A DNA stretch of 64,000 bases. Source: Eledone cirrhosa (taxonomy: Eukaryota). A program made the position numbers and the translations under genes. The number at the start of each line of letters is the position of its first letter. Within the stretch, counting starts at the first letter, position 1. Below are positions 63,151 through 64,000 of the stretch, piece by piece. The notes under the pieces are model-generated. The model saw only the letters and a program-made list of their open reading frames with translations, ran no database searches and was not told the origin of the DNA. The DNA is taken from NCBI GenBank assembly GCA_964016885.1, contig OZ024748.1, positions 23,684,001 to 23,748,000 on the forward strand, given 5' to 3'.

Positions 63151-64000
63151 AGGGTTAGGCTTAGGCTTAGCTTTAGGGTTAGGGTTAAGGTTAGGGTTAG
63201 GGTTAGGGTTAAGCTTAGGGTTAGGGTTAGGGTTAGGGTTAGGATTAGGGTTAGGGTTAGGTTTAGAGTTAGGTTTAGGGTTAGGGTTAGGGTTAGGGTT
63301 AGGGTTAGGGTTAGGGTTAGGGTTAGGGGTTGGGTTAGGGTTAGGTTTAGGGTTAGGGTGTAGGGTTAGGGTTTAAGTTAGGGTTAGGTTTAGGGTTAGG
63401 ATCAGCGTTAGGGTTAGGGTTAGTGTTTAGGGTTAGGGTTTAGGGTTTAGTGTTAGGGTTTAGGGTGAGGGTTAGGGTTAGGATTAGAGTTAGGGTTAGG
63501 GTTAGGGTTAAGGTTAGGTAGAGGGTTAGGGTTAGGGTTAATTTTAGAGTTAGGGTTAGTGTTAGGGGTTAGGTTTAGGGTTAGTGTTAGGGTTAGGCTT
63601 GGGGTCATTTTTTGGGTTAGGGTTAGGGTTAGGGTTAGGGTTAGGTTTTAGGGTTAGGGTTATTGTTAGGTTTGGGCTTGAGGGTTAGCGTTTGGGTTTA
63701 GGTTTAGGGTTTAGGGTTAGGGATTGGGTTAGGGTTAGGGTTTAGGGTTAGGTTTAGTGTTAGGGTTAGGGTTAGGGTTAGGGTCTGGGTTAGGGTTAGA
63801 GCTAGGGTCTAGGGTTAGGGTTTAGGGTTATGGTTACGGTTAAGGTTAGGGGTCCGGTTAGGGTTAGGGTTAGGGTTAGGGTTTATGGTTAGGGTTTGAG
63901 TAAGTGTTAGGGTTAGGGTTAGGTTTAGGGTTAGGTAGAGGGTTAGGGTTAGGGTTAATTTCAGGGTTAGGGTTAGGGTTTGGGTTAGGGTTAGGGTTAG

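Larger units (their letters stand above)
1..64000 (+). repeat. Degenerate telomeric-repeat array (TTAGGG)n with interspersed variant units; telomere-like satellite / interstitial or proximal telomeric sequence
   Basis: TTAGGG is the dominant unit from first to last base. The rest is single-substitution or single-indel variants (TTTAGGG, TTAGGT, TTAGTG, TTAGAG, TTAAGG, TTATGG, TTAGGC, TCAGGG, TTAGG). C is very rare on the + strand, and I saw no CCCTAA-oriented block and no unique sequence. Confidence 0.98.

Noticed and set aside
149-63363. All ORFs in the six-frame track (GL-, VR-, LT-, NP-rich, 60-168 aa)
   Set aside because: They are the obligatory translations of TTAGGG/CCCTAA frames. Many begin at GTG/TTG created by variant units, they have no domain-like sequence, and their twins simply mark DNA duplications. 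Not called as CDS.
1-64000. Canonical telomerase-maintained terminal telomere tract
   Set aside because: Perfect runs are short (longest noticed 13 units at 43982-44059; 12 at 19509-19580), there is no obvious gradient toward purity, and kb-scale variant patterns are duplicated. A pure tract could still lie distal to the window.
1-64000. Head-to-head telomere fusion site or internal inversion
   Set aside because: No switch to CCCTAA orientation was seen anywhere on the + strand.
1-64000. CRISPR-like repeat-spacer array or encoded 'message'
   Set aside because: There are no unique spacers; all inter-landmark sequence is itself TTAGGG-derived and explained by point mutation plus duplication.
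1-64000. Telomere-targeting retroelements (TRAS/SART/HeT-A-like), subtelomeric unique repeats or a CpG-island TERRA promoter
   Set aside because: No non-telomeric insert, poly(A) tail, RT-like ORF or CpG-rich segment was seen.
1-64000. Taxonomic assignment from TTTAGGG (plant), TTAGG (insect) or TTAGGC (nematode) units
   Set aside because: These occur as isolated one-step variants within a TTAGGG majority, not as sustained runs. TTAGGG itself is shared by vertebrates, many invertebrates, fungi, protists and some plants.
1-64000. Variants as mere sequencing/basecalling noise
   Set aside because: The same rare variants recur in the same order in copies 1-17 kb apart, which random error would not produce. 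Copy number of the near-identical blocks still needs read-level confirmation.

Overview
The whole 64 kb window is one uninterrupted, single-orientation array of degenerate vertebrate/metazoan-type telomeric repeat, with (TTAGGG)n G-rich on the + strand. I see no unique sequence, genes, RNA genes, transposons or CRISPR arrays; every ORF in the track is a GL/VR/LT/NP dipeptide read-out of the hexamer. It is not a freshly telomerase-synthesised tract: perfect runs are short (longest I noticed is 13 units, at 43982-44059), and variant units (TTTAGGG, TTAGGT, TTAGTG, TTAGAG, TTAAGG, TTATGG, TTAGGC, TCAGGG, TTAGCG, TTACGG, TTAGG etc.) occur in long, exactly recurring orders. Used as barcodes, rare variant words reveal a nested higher-order repeat (HOR) architecture: 6-bp unit -> ~1.0-1.2 kb modules -> 2-11 kb super-units. 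These include duplications at offsets of ~11.2 kb, ~8.7 kb, 1982, ~1220, 883, ~4.4 kb, ~6.0 kb and ~9.6 kb. The array is layered into a left family (1-~38 kb), a more diverged transition zone (~38-43 kb) and a right family (~43-64 kb), each with its own diagnostic variants. It also shows a microhomology-bounded deletion, module-order permutation and a length-neutral two-donor patch. Best reading (inference): a telomere-derived satellite (interstitial/pericentromeric telomeric sequence, a large proximal telomere-variant-repeat zone, or a recombination-maintained telomere) evolving by unequal exchange and template switching. Organism and chromosomal position cannot be determined from this window. 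Coordinates were read by eye and block boundaries are approximate.
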